This document shows, one piece after another, positions 13,423 to 26,696 of a stretch of 64,000 nucleotides of DNA. Made by a program: the position numbers and the translations under genes. How positions within the stretch are numbered: position 1 is the stretch's first letter; each line of letters opens with the position of its first letter. Source of the DNA: Octopus vulgaris (taxonomy: Eukaryota); the NCBI GenBank assembly GCA_951406725.2, contig OX597835.1, forward strand, positions 41,974,001 to 42,038,000, read 5' to 3'. Below the pieces are notes generated by a model. It saw nothing but the letters and a program-made list of their open reading frames with translations. It was not told the origin of the DNA and ran no database searches.

Positions 13423-14275
13423 TGAGTGAGAGACCATCACATGCCATCAAAGTGACACTGGGGTAAAATATACGAAGCCCAGTATACCCATCATGACTAC
13501 CCATCTGATAAGGGCACGCTAGGCATATGCATCACAACCATGTGTGCATGACATGGTGATCTCATACCAAGATAAACAGCACACAATCTTGCGGGTGGGG
13601 CCCAGTTAGAATTTTCTTCTGGTCGAGTAACCCATCCTGCTCAAAAGGTCCCTGAATAAGTGTTATTTAAGGATGTTGAATGAAACACCCATGTTTCTAG
13701 AGGTGAATTATTCAAACCCCAAAGAATCCCTCTCAACACATGGCTATGATGCTCCCCCACTATGATGCTCGTGATCAGAGATGTACATATCGTCAGCTAC
13801 TAACGGACATGCTCAGCTGGTTATGGTCAAACAACTGACAAGCAAATCTGTGGTAGTGAGCAGAATATTTGCTGTAGCCCATCTTTTATACCAAGACAAA
13901 ACAATGTACATGACAACACTTCCAATCAGTTAAGATCAGAAACCACGAGAGCCACTGCCTGGTGCTGCATCAGGGCATTTATTTTATTATTATTTTTATT
14001 ATTATTATTATTGAGTGAGAGAGCAATGCATGCCATCAAAGTGACACTGGGGTACAAATACAAGAAGCCCAGTATCTCCCATCATGATTACCCGTCTGAT
14101 AAGGGTACACCGGACACATGCATCACAACCATATGTGCACAACATGATAACCTCATATAAAGAAAAACAGTGCATGACCTTGCAAGTGGAGCCCAGTTAG
14201 AATTTTCTTAAGGTCAAGTAGCTCATACTGCTCAAAAGGTCCCTGCAAGAGGATTATTTAAGAATGATGAACAAA
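13423..14275 (-). mobile_element. Family E, full copy of about 560 bp (13423-13980) plus a truncated copy (14012-14275)
   Basis: Both begin after ATT-type runs; the full copy ends GCATCAGGGCATTT followed by ATT. Confidence 0.75.
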
Positions 14276-14658
14276 GCATTGCTATGTTCTGAGTTCAAAT
14301 TCCGCTGACATCAACTTTGCCTTTCCTCCTTTCAGGGTTGATGAAATAAGTACCAGTTACACACGGGGGGTCCAATGTAATCGACTTACCCCATCCCCCA
14401 AAACTGCTGAGCTTGTATTAAAATTTGAAACCATTATCATCATCTTTATTATTATTATTATTAATAATAATAATTATAATAATTATTATAATTTTTTCTA
14501 ATTTTGGCGACATTAAATGTTAATGATGCTTATCATTGCTGTTGTTGATGTTGTGGGATTGGTTTATTTTCCTGATAATCCTTCCAATTAAGAATGTCTA
14601 CATCAGACCCAATTTGTAATGTACTTGAGAGAGATATAGCTGCCTGATTATTATTATT

Positions 14659-14740
14659 ACAGGCCTTCCATACTTACAGACTTTCATACTTACAGACTTT
14701 CATACTTATAGGCTTTCATACTTATAGGCTTTCATACTTA
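14659..14740. repeat. Minisatellite, 16-bp unit ACAGACTTTCATACTT, about 5 copies
   Basis: Read directly. Confidence 0.85.
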
Positions 14741-15169
14741 CTATTACAACTTCATCATAGAAGTTTCGAAAGAAAAGCAATGCTATTAAAAAAAAAAATT
14801 AAAACATTTAATAAATAAAAATAAACATAAAAAACTAACGAGTTATTAAATTGATTAATTAATACATTATTAATTATTGACTTATATGCATTTACATATT
14901 TGTTCTGCTTACTTAGGACATCCAAGATCACCTTACTTAAGCCTTTTACTTCTTTCAGTCATTGGGATGTGGCCATACTGGGGCACTGCCTTGATGGGTT
15001 TAGTTAAATAAATCACACTCTGAAGCTTATTCTTTAAATGTGGCGCTTATTTTATTGGTCCTTTTTGCTGAACTGCAAAGTTCTGGAGAGATTGAAAAAA
15101 ACAGCACCAACTGGCATACAGGCTCACACACACACACACACACATACATGTGTGCACACATGCACCTTT

Positions 15170-16070
15170 GTGCGCTCACAAGGAATGAAGCCAGCATGCT
15201 CTGATGGATGTGTAATGTCAGTGTGCATACTCGACAGAGTGTTAGTGCCCTGACAGAAAGGTTGGACCTAAGAAGCATCAGATGTGGTGTGCAAGAGAGA
15301 CGACTGCGCTGGCATGGTCATGTGGTGAGAATGGATGTGGATAGCTGTGTGAAAAAGTGCCACACCTTAGGAGTTGAGGGAACTTGTGGAAGAGGTAGAC
15401 CCAGGAAGACCTGGGATGAGATGGTGAAGCATGACCTTCAAACATTGAGCCTCACTGAGGCAATGACTAGTGACCGGGACCTCTGGAAATATGCTGTGCT
15501 GCAGAAGACTTGTGGCCTATGCTGGGGGTGTACCAGTCCACTTATGCATGCCTTTTCTTCATTGGACACTAAACTCTGCTTGCGAAGACCAGTTGAGGCA
15601 AGTGAAATCGAAGTTGAAATCAAACTTGGTGACTGGCATCCATTGCTAGTGGAGCGCTAAGAGTACCATACGAGTGAGATCGTTGCCAGAGCAACAAGTT
15701 GGCCTTCGTGCCGATGGCACGTTAAACACACCATTCGAGTGTGATCATTATCGCGTCGCCTTACAAGCACTTGTACTGGTGGCACGTGAAACATTCGAGC
15801 GAGGTCGTCGCCAGTGCTGCTGGAATGGCTCCTGTGCAGGTGGCACATAAAAAGCACCATTTGGGTGTGGTCGTTCCCAGTACCACCAAACTGGCCCTCG
15901 TGCCGGTGGCACATAAAAGCACCCACTACACTCTCGGAGTGGTTGTCATTAGGAAGGGCATCCAGCTGTAGAAACTCTACCAGATCAGATTGGAGTCTGG
16001 TTCGCCAGACCTCAGTCAAATCGTCCAACCCATGCTAGCATGGAAAGTGGACGTTAAGTGATGATGATGA

Positions 16071-16073
<3 letters not shown>
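15170..16073 (+). mobile_element. 5'-truncated RTE LINE (ORF C-terminus, 3' UTR and GAT tail)
   Basis: RRLRWHGHVVRM..GRGRPRKTW..DRDLWK, typical of the RTE C-terminus. Confidence 0.85.
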
Positions 16074-16106
<33 letters not shown>

Positions 16107-16110
<4 letters not shown>

Positions 16111-16300
16111 AGAGTTTACGAAGAAAAAAAAAAGACGAAGACAGGTGGTGTACAAAACAAACAGATGTATTAGTATAATGCTCAGGAATAGAAAAAGTCT
16201 TTTACGTTTCAAGCCTACGCTCTTCTACAGAAAGGGACACAGAAAAAAACAAGGAGAGAAAAAAATGTGTGTAGTGGCTAATGATCTATCATGGCGACTG
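16107..16300 (-). mobile_element. Penelope-like terminal-repeat fragment with a minimal hammerhead-like motif
   Basis: Minus strand CTGTAGA-AGAG-CGTAGG-CTT-GAAAC-GTA; related copy at about 39605-39800. Confidence 0.5.
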
Positions 16301-17141
16301 ACTCAGGTCACACATGAGAGCGAAGAAGTACAGGAGATAACAAAGTATAGATGACCCCCAACACGAAGGTGTGTGTGTATATAAGAGAGTATGTATGTGC
16401 ATGTGAAAGAAGGCTGGTGGTCTGGACATGTGCGTGTATGTATGTGTAGGTGTGAAACTGTGGGGATGGGAATTGGTCAGTGCTGGTGTGTGGGTGGTGT
16501 GTTGTGATGTGATGTGTAATGTTGTATGGTGTAGTGTGTTGTGGTGTGATGTTGTTGGGAGGTGGGGGAGGCGAGAATGGGGAAAGCATAGGTGGGGTGT
16601 GGATTCGGCTGACGGTTGGGGTATCTGGGTAGGCAGAGGGTAGGGGTAGAGGTGGAGTATATATATATATATATATATATATATAATGGGCTTCTTTCAG
16701 TTTCCGTCTACCAAATTGGCTCACAAGACTTTGGTTGGCTAGAGGCTATAGTAGAAGGTGCCACGCAGTTAGACAGAACCCAGAACCATGTGGTTGGTAA
16801 GCAAGCTACTTACCACACAACCACTCCTGCACCTAATTAACTCATTTGAGTTCATATAAGATAGACCTGAAGATTGGCAATATAATTGTTTTAATATGGT
16901 ATTGTATAGAGAAATTCTATTTCAGCAATATCGAGGAATATGTTGTCATGAAATGTGTGTAGTCTAGATAATGTAAAGTATATGATTTGAAATAAGAATT
17001 GAAGGTATTAATTTTGATAATTTTAATATTTAGTCCTATATGTACCTATTGTAGATAATGTCATTCAATGATGATTGAGTTGCTTGAGGGTGATTCTGTC
17101 TCTTAAACCTATATATATGTGTGTGTGTGTGTATATATATA

Positions 17142-17175
<34 letters not shown>

Positions 17176-17501
17176 CATACACAAATATGCATGTATATAT
17201 GTATTTGTGTGTGTAAGTCATGGGGATGTTTGCATCGCCATGACTTAGCAGTTTACCAAAAGAGACTGCTCGAATAAATACTGCACTGGAGAAATAAGTA
17301 CTAGAGTCTATTTCTTTGATGATGCCTTTTACGGTGGTTCTCCAGACCATGGCTGCATCGCAATGACTGAAACAAGCTAAAGATAAAAGATAAGCAGTTT
17401 AAGTTAATCCATGTAAATTAAATGGAATAACAAAAGCTAATCCTCAGCAGAAGCTAATTATTCCAGTAATGAGAAAACGTCACGCAAGAAATCAGTAAGC
17501 A

Positions 17502-17998
17502 TAACCAGATGAAATATTGATTTCAAATTTTGGCACAAGGCCAGCAGTTTTGGGAGTGGGTTTAAGTCAATTGCTTCGATCCCAATACACAACTGGTACT
17601 TAATTTATTGACCCCGAAAGGATGAAAGGCAAAGTCAACCTCGGCAGAATTTGAACTCAGAATGTAAAGATGAATGAAAAGCCGTTAAGCATTTTGCTTG
17701 GTGTGCTAACGATTCTGCCCGCTCACTGCCTTAATCAGATAAAATATTTATTTATTTATTACCCACAAGGGGCCAAACATAGAGGGAACAAACAAAGAAA
17801 CACAAAGAGATTAAGTGGATTACATTGACCCCAGTACATAACTGGTACTTATTTAAACGATCCCGAAAGGATGAAAGGCAAAGTTGATCTCGGTGGAATT
17901 TGAACTCAGAACGTAGCGGCAGATGAAATACTGCTAAGCATTTTGCCCAGTGTGCTAACGATTCTGCCAGATCACTGCCTTAATCAGATAAAATATTA
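17502..17998 (-). mobile_element. Two SINE A copies (long tail and short tail) separated and flanked by a 17-bp repeat
   Basis: TAA(C/T)CAGAT(G/A)AAATATT at about 17502, 17732 and 17981. Confidence 0.85.
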
Positions 17999-18788
17999 AA
18001 AATAGATTTTAATCTGGAAACTTCAGTTATTATTGGAGATTAGAAGCAAGAATGAAGAATTTCCTTTTTTTTCAAAAACAGTGGAACGGAAGAGTGGAAT
18101 GGTGGAGAGAATGGCATTTTTATTTTAAAATTGCATGTTTAAGAATAGTCTGTTAATCTGTGAAGACCTGACAACATCATCATCATCATTACCATTGTAA
18201 TCATTCTCATCATCATCATCATTGTCGTCGTCATCGTTGCCTCTGTCATTGTTATCATCACCACCATCATCATCATCACCACCACCATTGTTGTATTTGT
18301 CATCCAATTCATTGTCGTTATTATCTTCATCACCATCGCCACCACCATGACCACCGCCATCATCATTTAATGTCCACGTTTCCATGGTTGCATGGGTCAG
18401 ACGGAATTTGTTGAAGCAGATCTTCTACAGCCAGATGTATATATACGGAAGGCTTCTTTCAGTTTCTGTCAACCAAATCCACCCACAAGGCTTTTGGTCA
18501 GCCCAAGGCACTTTCCCAAGGTGCCACACAGTGAGCCTGAACCCAGAACCATGTGGTTGAGAAACAAGCTTCTTATCACCCCCACCCAGCCACATCTGTG
18601 CCTATACCATTTTTTTTTCTTTTTCGGAAGATAGTAAGGCATAATTGAAATGAGTTTTTCGCTTCTATTTCTAGCAGTTTGAGCGAGCACTTAGAGAGGC
18701 CGTTCCTTTCCTTGTCTCTTGTCCTTTCCATTGTTGTATCTTGTATTCTACAACACATAAATAATGAGATGAAGACACTGAAAGCAGA

Positions 18789-18830
<42 letters not shown>

Positions 18831-19789
18831 TGATATTATTGTTGCTGTTGTTGTTGTTCGCATGTAAATATTTAATAATATTATATGTCAGAGATATTAG
18901 CGAAGTTGTTATTAAACTGGGTTTTCGGTTAGAATAGTTTATTATGTGATGTGGTCATGTCTCAAATATCTATGGGCGGCGGCAGCAGCAGCAGCAACAA
19001 CAGCAGTAGCACCACCACCAACATTATAACCACTGCTGCGCTGCTGCCACCACCAACATTATAACCACTGCTGCGCTGCTGCCACCACCATCATCATCAT
19101 CATCATCATCGCTACCTTCACCATCATGACTTAGCCGACAGTCACTATCATCATCACCACCATCACTATTATCATCACTTGTCAATACCACCACCACCAC
19201 CACCACCACAACCATCACTATCACCACCATTGCCACCACCACCACCACAACTATTACTATCACTGTCATCATTATCATCTGTCACTATTGTCAATACCAT
19301 CACCACCGCCACAACCATCCATCACTATTGTCTACCACCACCATCATCATCATCATCACCACAACCATTACTATCACTGTCATCATTATCATCTGTCACT
19401 ACTATCAATACCACCACCACAACCATCATCACCACTACCATTATCACCACCGCTGTGCTACAACCACCACCACTACCACCAACAACAACAACATCATCGG
19501 ATATGGCAATGTATTCACATCCTTCCAGTCAAATATTTAGTTTCTCTTTCAACTGTTTTAGCTTCTCTGGATGTCATCACAGAATTGTATAGAGTTGTTG
19601 TTGTGGTGGTGGTGGTGATGTAATGGTGATGGTGTTCGCGGTGGTGGTGGTGATGGCGAGGGTAGAGATATATAGTTAGTCAGGGGAAGGGGAAGGTTTA
19701 ATGTCTTTGAACAAAATGGTGTGACCTATGTTGTTAATGGTTGGCATGAAATGTCTGTGTGTCTTAGAGCAATCTATCTAATGGCCAAA

Positions 19790-20032
19790 GATGTCAGCAA
19801 AATCATTTGACAGGGAGGAAGGGAGAGGAGGGAATGGTAAGAGAATTCCCTCTCGAAAAGTCTGAAGTTAGGGGAGAAAAGACTGAAAGAAAAGATGTTT
19901 TGAGGCGGAGTTTTTTGGCAGCAGGGGCTGAAGGACTGATTCTTGCTGCACAAGACCAATGCCTGTCCACAAACAACTATAGAAGCAAAATGATGGAAAC
20001 AGTCTCCAACCCCAAATGGTGAATGTGCAACA
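19790..20032 (+). pseudogene. R4/Dong-clade polyprotein fragment (downstream of RT)
   Basis: AEGLILAAQDQCLSTNNYRSKMM..NPKW*MC resembles the R4-type EGLILAAQDQ motif that precedes the CCHC. Confidence 0.65.
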
Positions 20033-20385
20033 CCATCATCATTGTTCGACCGTGATCGAGACAATGGAATTTATTATTTTACACCAGACTTCATGGTCCA
20101 TCAAAGCACTACGGAGGTCCTGTTGCTGGATGCCTGTATCCCTGGAGATTACATCAGGGTAGGAGAGTGTGCGCCCTCTGGTATCGCGAGCAGATGGCTT
20201 CCAGAGGAGAAGAGTAGAAATTACCTCGTTTTCAGCTCTACAACAATGTCCAGCAAACTGGACTCTCCTACCTTTCAAAGAGATGATACAGGTGGTAGTT
20301 TCCCCATTTATTTGTACTTTGGTTGGATGACGCTTCCACGAGAGATTTTGAGCTCTCATAAGGAGGCAAGTGTAACTTCCATCCA
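20033..20385 (-). mobile_element. RTE-like LINE 3' fragment
   Basis: RRVQFAGHCCR..LLLWKP..RGRTLSYPD; ends with a (TGA)n tail; second copy at 51398-51643. Confidence 0.7.
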
Positions 20386-21127
20386 ACTGACAATATGTGC
20401 ATCTCTGATCACAAGCAGAAGTAGTGGGGGAGCATCATAGCCGTGTGTTGAAAGGAATTCTTAGAGGTCTGGATAATTCACCTTTGGAAACATGGGTGGT
20501 TCGTTCAACATCCTTAAACAATCATTATTCAGGGACCGTTTGAGCGGGATGGGTTACACAACCAGAAGAAAATTCTAACTGGACCCCCACCTGCAAGGTC
20601 ATGTGCTGTTTATCTTGATATGAGATCACCATGTCGCGCACATATGGTTGTGATGCATGTGCCTGGTGTACCCTTATCAGACGGGTAGTCATGATGAGTA
20701 TACTGTGCTTCGTATATTTTACCCCAGTGTCACTTTGATGGCATGCACTGCTCTCTCACTCAATAATAATAATAATAAATGTCCTGATGCAGTACCAGGC
20801 AGTGGCTTTCATGGCTTCTGATCTTAACTGATTGGAAGTGTTATCATGTACATTGTTTTGTCTTGGTATAAAGGATGGGCTACAGCAAATATTCTGCTCA
20901 ATACCACAGATTTGCTTGTCAGTTGTTTGACCATAACCAGTTGAGCATGTCCCTTAGTGGCTGACAATATGTGCATATCTGATCATGAGCAGAAGTAGTG
21001 GGGGAGCATCATAGCCTGGTGCACGTGCCTGGTGTACCCTTATCTGACGGGTAATCACGATGGGTATACTGTGCTTCGTATATTTTACCCCAGTGTTACT
21101 TTGATGGCATGCATTACTCTCTCACTC

Positions 21128-21128
<1 letters not shown>
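20385..21128 (+). mobile_element. Two family E copies, each ending CTCTCACTC followed by (AAT)n
   Basis: Reverse complement of 13423-13980; the second copy has an internal deletion near 21015. Confidence 0.75.
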
Positions 21129-21159
<31 letters not shown>

Positions 21160-21834
21160 CAATAATAACACCATATAGAGACATTTTCCATTTCCTGCCT
21201 TGCTGTGAAGGGGACGAGGAGGAGCAATTCTTTTGTTTATTAAACAGACGTTAATTTAGGATTTATTATCGCACATTATCATATTATTCTAATTTATTTT
21301 TCTCCGTCTGCAACCCTCAGTCGCTTATCTCTTGTGATGACATCATATATGTTGTGTACAAGTCTCACACGCAATACTTTTGTGTAAACAGAGCAAAATA
21401 TCGTGTTTTATTAACCCGCTGACATTTTTAGAGTTTTATTCAATGTCACTTTGCAAAGATCGTCATCTTACATATCTGTATCTACAAACAACAATTGATG
21501 GTTTTATTGTTTAATATTTTCTCAAAGCAACATTTCGTGTGTGTCATTCAAAGCTGTTAAACTTTGCGATAATAACAACTCGCCTTCCAATAGAAATATT
21601 TAAACTGCCACGGACCGACGGGAGGGAGGCCTTCATGGTGGTCATTCAACTTTCAAGAAATAACAGCTAAATCTTCTCTTCTAATTCCACTGTACTTGTT
21701 AATAACAAGTACAAACATAAATTTATAAAAAAGGCAATATATAAAGCTTGCTTCCCAACCATGTGGTGTTCGGTTCGGTCCCAATGCGCAGCACCATATA
21801 GCAAATGTCTTCTCTTGTTTCAGGCCAACCAAAT

Positions 21835-22045
21835 GCATGGCAAGGTACCAAATCCTGCTACCACGCATATGACCTTCCAGCAGCAATCCTCTCCAGATCA
21901 CAGTCTCCAGTAGCCTTACATGGCCGTCTGAATTGAACTTAAGGCCTTGTTCAAAGATGTGGATGTCATGACACCACCTTGACTGGAGACACACCCAGAG
22001 ACCATCACATTTTAGGGGAACTTGGTTTTCATGATGCCCACGTCT
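21835..22045 (-). pseudogene. DD37D (maT) transposase fragment
   Basis: KTKFP*NVMVSGCVSSQG..HIFEQGLKFNSD..AW*QDLVPCH, homologous to 32969-33397. Confidence 0.65.
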
Positions 22046-22619
22046 TGTCTTACAGGTGTCAAACTCAAGGCCCGGCGATATGAAGTGCAAACCACAAACT
22101 ATAACTGGAAGCAGGATAATAATCTAATTTTACACTTTATCACATTCAAGAATATAAACACGTTTTTAAGTACAACACACACGGAGTCAAAAAGAAACAC
22201 CTTTCATCAACACATCAGAGTCGGCACTGCGTGAACCACAGTGCTCTCTCTCCCTAGCGTGCAGCTTCCTATCTCGGACATGTGAACATCCGCACAGCAG
22301 CCAAACAACGCGTCGCTGGAACTGTGAAGCGCACAGTTCTATACGAGGATTTTTGTATTTTTTCATAAACTAGGGGATGGCTTAAAGATTATATATAAAA
22401 GTATAAAGTATTATATATAAGCTTAAAGATTATATATAAAAGTATAAAGAAAGAATTAAAGAAAAAAAGGACTCATTATATTGAATGCTATCAATAATAT
22501 CGAGGGGAAATAGGGGCTGCTGCAGTTCCGCAGTGCCTATACACGAGCTGCCACAGTTCGTCTTACTACTGTAATAATAATTCAGTTCATGTGAACAATG
22601 AAAGCATATTTTAAGCGAA

Positions 22620-23386
22620 AATTCCGAAACGAAAGTTTGAGATACATTCTAGGAGTTTCTCAAACTAATTACTATTGTTGTATCTCCTGCCCCACATAAA
22701 CTGGCAGAGATACGAGTCAACTATAGAACGGTGGGTCCCACAGCGTCGTCTATTACCTCGTTTTATACAGGCCCATATGCTCCCCAACCACACTTGTTGC
22801 GTGTGGGTACCGTATTAGGAGTTAATAAACTCATCATTGTGGTTCACTGTTCTATGTTGAAAATTATAACCATCAATTTCTGGAATGTGAGAGTAGGCCC
22901 TCCATAAGTCACTGAAAATTGTGGCTCCTGGAAGAACTGACTGGCGTATACATTCCTCTAGTGTGTTACGATTCCTACATGGGACCGCATAATAAAAAAG
23001 CATGTCTGGTCTCGCAACACATTTCTCCAAAAACTCACTGCTCAGGTAGCAAGCACCCTTCCTCAGCTGCATTTACATCTTGAGAAAACGGTTTCGTCTA
23101 TTTCAACAGTCTTCCCAAGACTGCCTTTCAGAACTGGGTTGCGGAGCAAGTCCTTCGCACATATTTCGCGATCATTGGTGTCATAATCAACAGCCGTGCA
23201 GTGGCGCATCTCCAGTTTTTCAACACAAAACTCGACTGAAGTCAGTTCCTTGACCGATGAGTAAAGGGAAAGAAGCAGTACAGTCCTAAGAGGAAAGGGG
23301 CCATCTTCCGACCCTGTATGTTTTCTGATAGATACACATTCGTTGCATCCTTTTCGGGAGCACCGCCAGTAAATTTTCCTACGAAG

Positions 23387-23390
<4 letters not shown>
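22620..23390 (-). pseudogene. Merlin (IS1016/IS1595-like DDE) transposase relic
   Basis: YWRCSRKGCNECVSIRK, GKTVEIDETVFSR, VLPGATIFSDLWRAY, HRTVNH, THTQ and SYLCQFMW motifs, with stops and frameshifts. Confidence 0.85.
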
Positions 23391-23568
<178 letters not shown>

Positions 23569-24219
23569 TTGGTACATAATATTTTTCTATTAGGGATGAC
23601 AGTTTTCTCTTGCCTCGGTTTTCAATTTCTCCATCATATTCGAAAAACTAAACGAGTTGGGTGCGGTAATACTTCTGTTCAGGTTGAAAAGGTTCTGGGA
23701 AAACACAATTCAAAATTATGAAAAGGAGGGAATGACAGATCAGCAACGGAAAAAATATCGTTTCTCAAAAAAACAAAAAACAAAAAAAAAAAAACAGGTG
23801 AAAACGACAAAAACGAAGTAGTACAAACGTTCAGAAAACACGCCCTTCCCAAGAAAATAGACAGGTAAAGACAATGCATGTGGTTGTAGTTTTAAGCTGG
23901 CAACAGCTTGGCTTGTTACTATAGAAACAGGCATCAATATATCTGTGGTTTTTGATTGGCTAAAATTTCTCAAAATTTGCCAACATTAAAAGCTATTAAA
24001 ATTTTATTTATTAATTTATGGTAAAAACAAATTTCATTTTCATAATTAGTATACAAAACTACATCAGTACACCAAATTTGAAAACAATTTTAAAAAATTT
24101 TTTAATCAAAAACTATGATAGTCACAGAAAATGATCCAGAATATCTACAGGTGAAATTATCGTGCGGTCGCGTTAGTGGTTGAAAATTTCACAGACACGT
24201 GTATTCTTAAACGTAATAT

Positions 24220-25091
24220 TGGTTTCAAATTTTGACTCAACGCCAGCAAGTTCGGAGGAGGGGCTACGTCGCTAAGGCAAAGTCGACTCCGGCAGAATTT
24301 GAACCCAGAACATAAAGACGATTCTGCCGGCTCGCCGCCTATTCTTTAACGTAAAAGTGGCTTCAAATTTTTGGCACAAGGCCCCAGTGTCCAGCTGGTA
24401 ATTATTTTATCGACCCCAAAAGAGGATGAATGGCAATTACGTTAAAGAATATGCGGTGGGTTGGCAGAATCGTTAGCACGCCGGGCGAAATGCTTTGCGG
24501 CATTTCATCAGTCTTTACATTCTGAGTTCAAATTCCGCCCAGGTCGACTTTGCCTTTTCATCCTTTCAAAGTCGATAAAATGAAGGTCAATTGAGCGCTA
24601 TGGTCGACTCAACTCTCCTCCGAGATTGGTGGCCCTGTGCCAAAATGTGAGACCAATAATAATCCTTACTTCCATGGGCACAAGGCCGAAATTTAGGGAA
24701 AGGACACTAATCGATTACATCGACCCCAGTGTTTTACTGGTACTTAATTTATCGACCACGAAAGAATGAAAAGCAAAGTCGACCTCGGCGGAATTTGAAC
24801 TCAGAACATAAAGACAGACGAAATACTGCTAAGCATTTCGCCCGGGGTGCTAGCGATTCTGCGAGCTCGCCACCTTGTGAAACAATAATAATCTTTTCTA
24901 CTCTAGGCACAAGGTCCAAAATTTTAAGGGGAGGGGCGGTTGATTACATCGACCCCAGTACGCAACTGGTAATTAATTTATTGACCCCGAAAGGATGAAA
25001 GGCAAACTCGACCTCGGTGGAATTTGAAATCAGAACGTAAAAGACAGAAGACATACTGCTAAGCATTTCGCCCGGGGTGCTAACGTTTCTG
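24220..25091. mobile_element. SINE A cluster in mixed orientation; the last minus-strand copy is interrupted at 25091 and resumes at 26697-26731
   Basis: Repeated SINE A head and core motifs. Confidence 0.8.
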
Positions 25092-26696
25092 ATTTCTTTA
25101 TTATCCATAAAGGGTTGACGAAGATAAGAGACAAACAACACATTGGGGACATAAAACACACAAAAAAAAAAAGTAAGATAAAAATGAGAGGGTGAAAATG
25201 AAATATGAAAGCGCTGTTACCCACCCCATCGGATAACATCGCTTACCTGTCCTCTTTTCCTAGGTCTTCTTCTTACAGTCTTCTGAAAAATACTTAGTCT
25301 CTTAATTTCATCCCGCACCGCTTTTCCAGTTCTTTATTCTCATCCAAGTCTATCTCCTTTCTTATTGACCCCAAAACATTAATCACTTCATCTTCAAATT
25401 CTCTTACTTGTTCTTCCTCATCCCAACTCAACCTCACCCAAGTCCTTCAATATTTCCAACAGGTCCTCGTCTTCTAATACTCCTATAGCATGCGTTACGG
25501 GAGGGGGATTTTGTAAGTTGTTCTGTGTGTCTATTTTTTTGTTTTCTTGTTGGCAGGGAGTGGGTAGGCTTTGTGTCTGCAGGGGAAGGGTGGGACAAAG
25601 AGGGTGTGGGTGGCGTCGGGGTGGGTTGGGGTTCATTATAACTTGCCTTCTTTCTTTCTCTCTTCTTCCTTTTACCACTGGTTTTCGACTCTGATTTATC
25701 TTCTATCTTTTCTTCTGTCTTTCTCTGTTCCTCTTGCGGCTCCCGGGTATCTTCTATCTCTTTTACGGGCTCCTTCGATGGTTCCTTTGCTGGTGGAGGG
25801 CAGTTAGCTCTTTTGTGGCCTTTCAGGCCGCATTTAAAACATTTACGAGCTCTGCCCTCCACCCATACACGCAGACTAATGTCTCCTATTGTGATCACCT
25901 CTGTTAAGCGCTCCAGGACTTCAGCTTCCGCCTGGACGCTCATTTCCAATACTCCTCCTTTCCACTTGCCTTCATCCGCAATCGTGGCCTGCAGTATGTC
26001 CACCTTATCCTTATTGTCAATGAGGATGGCTGCCACTACCAATTCAGCTTCTATGTCGGGCGGGATTCCCTTTACCCTGATCCTGGTCGTCTTCCTTCCT
26101 AGATACGAGGGCAGAAGGAATACTTTTTCTGTTTTAATAGTCCTTGCTGCCATCCTCCTAGCCACTGCCTCCGATTCGAACTGTACAACGACAGTACCGT
26201 ACTTATTACCTCTTGTCAGGAATATTACCTTTTCTGCTGTTGTCCGTAATGCCTCCTCCACGGTTTCCATTCCAACTGTATCCATTTTTCTTTTGTCTGT
26301 TGCAAATACCTTGTACGTTATGGTTTTCCTATCAAAATTTGTTATCGTTTTCCTTGGCGGAGACAACTCCGCGTCACCGCCTACCTTCTTCACCCATTTC
26401 TGGCCGTCCGGTAACTTCGCAAGGTCAACCTCTTTGTTTGTTGGCTTCATTGCTCCTGCGTAATTCATTTTTCCTTCCATTACCATATCCAGTCTGTTGA
26501 CCGCTCTCGTCAGTTCCTCTTCCTCCGAAGTCAACAGGTCCGACTCACTGAGGTCAGAATACCTGCTCCTCCTTGCCATTTCTTCAACAACACCACCGCT
26601 GCGAACAGCAAATATCTAAAACAATTACACTAAAAAAAAAATATAACTTTTAACCATTCGACCTACACAGATGAAAAAAACACGAAGTATCAAACA
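25092..26696 (-). mobile_element. ORF1-only (Tx1/L1-like, HAL1-type) non-autonomous retroelement inserted in a SINE A head
   Basis: Direct repeat CGG(G/C)GTGCTAACGTTTCTG at 25073-25091 and 26697-26715; single gag-like ORF; 3' end ...GGATAATAAAGAAAT. Confidence 0.78.
25434..26579 (-). CDS. Gag/ORF1p-like nucleic-acid-binding protein (RRM-like region plus CCHC zinc knuckle), 381 aa
   Basis: CFKCGLKGHKRANC (CX2CX4HX4C), TRIRVKGIPP and YGTVVVQFES; ATG start; C-terminus probably frameshifted, since an acidic frame continues to about 25300. Confidence 0.8.
   Translation of the reverse strand: MARRSRYSDLSESDLLTSEEEELTRAVNRLDMVMEGKMNYAGAMKPTNKEVDLAKLPDGQKWVKKVGGDAELSPPRKTITNFDRKTITYKVFATDKRKMDTVGMETVEEALRTTAEKVIFLTRGNKYGTVVVQFESEAVARRMAARTIKTEKVFLLPSYLGRKTTRIRVKGIPPDIEAELVVAAILIDNKDKVDILQATIADEGKWKGGVLEMSVQAEAEVLERLTEVITIGDISLRVWVEGRARKCFKCGLKGHKRANCPPPAKEPSKEPVKEIEDTREPQEEQRKTEEKIEDKSESKTSGKRKKRERKKASYNEPQPTPTPPTPSLSHPSPADTKPTHSLPTRKQKNRHTEQLTKSPSRNACYRSIRRRGPVGNIEGLG

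Noticed and set aside
18675-18765. Exon after TTCTATTTCTAG
   Set aside because: No recognisable product or donor, and the acceptor-like motif resembles a repeat fragment near 32212.
25434-26579. LTR-retrotransposon gag or host CCHC gene
   Set aside because: No LTRs, PBS or pol; the long TSD and SINE-like tail favour non-LTR mobilisation; insertion inside a SINE argues against a host gene.
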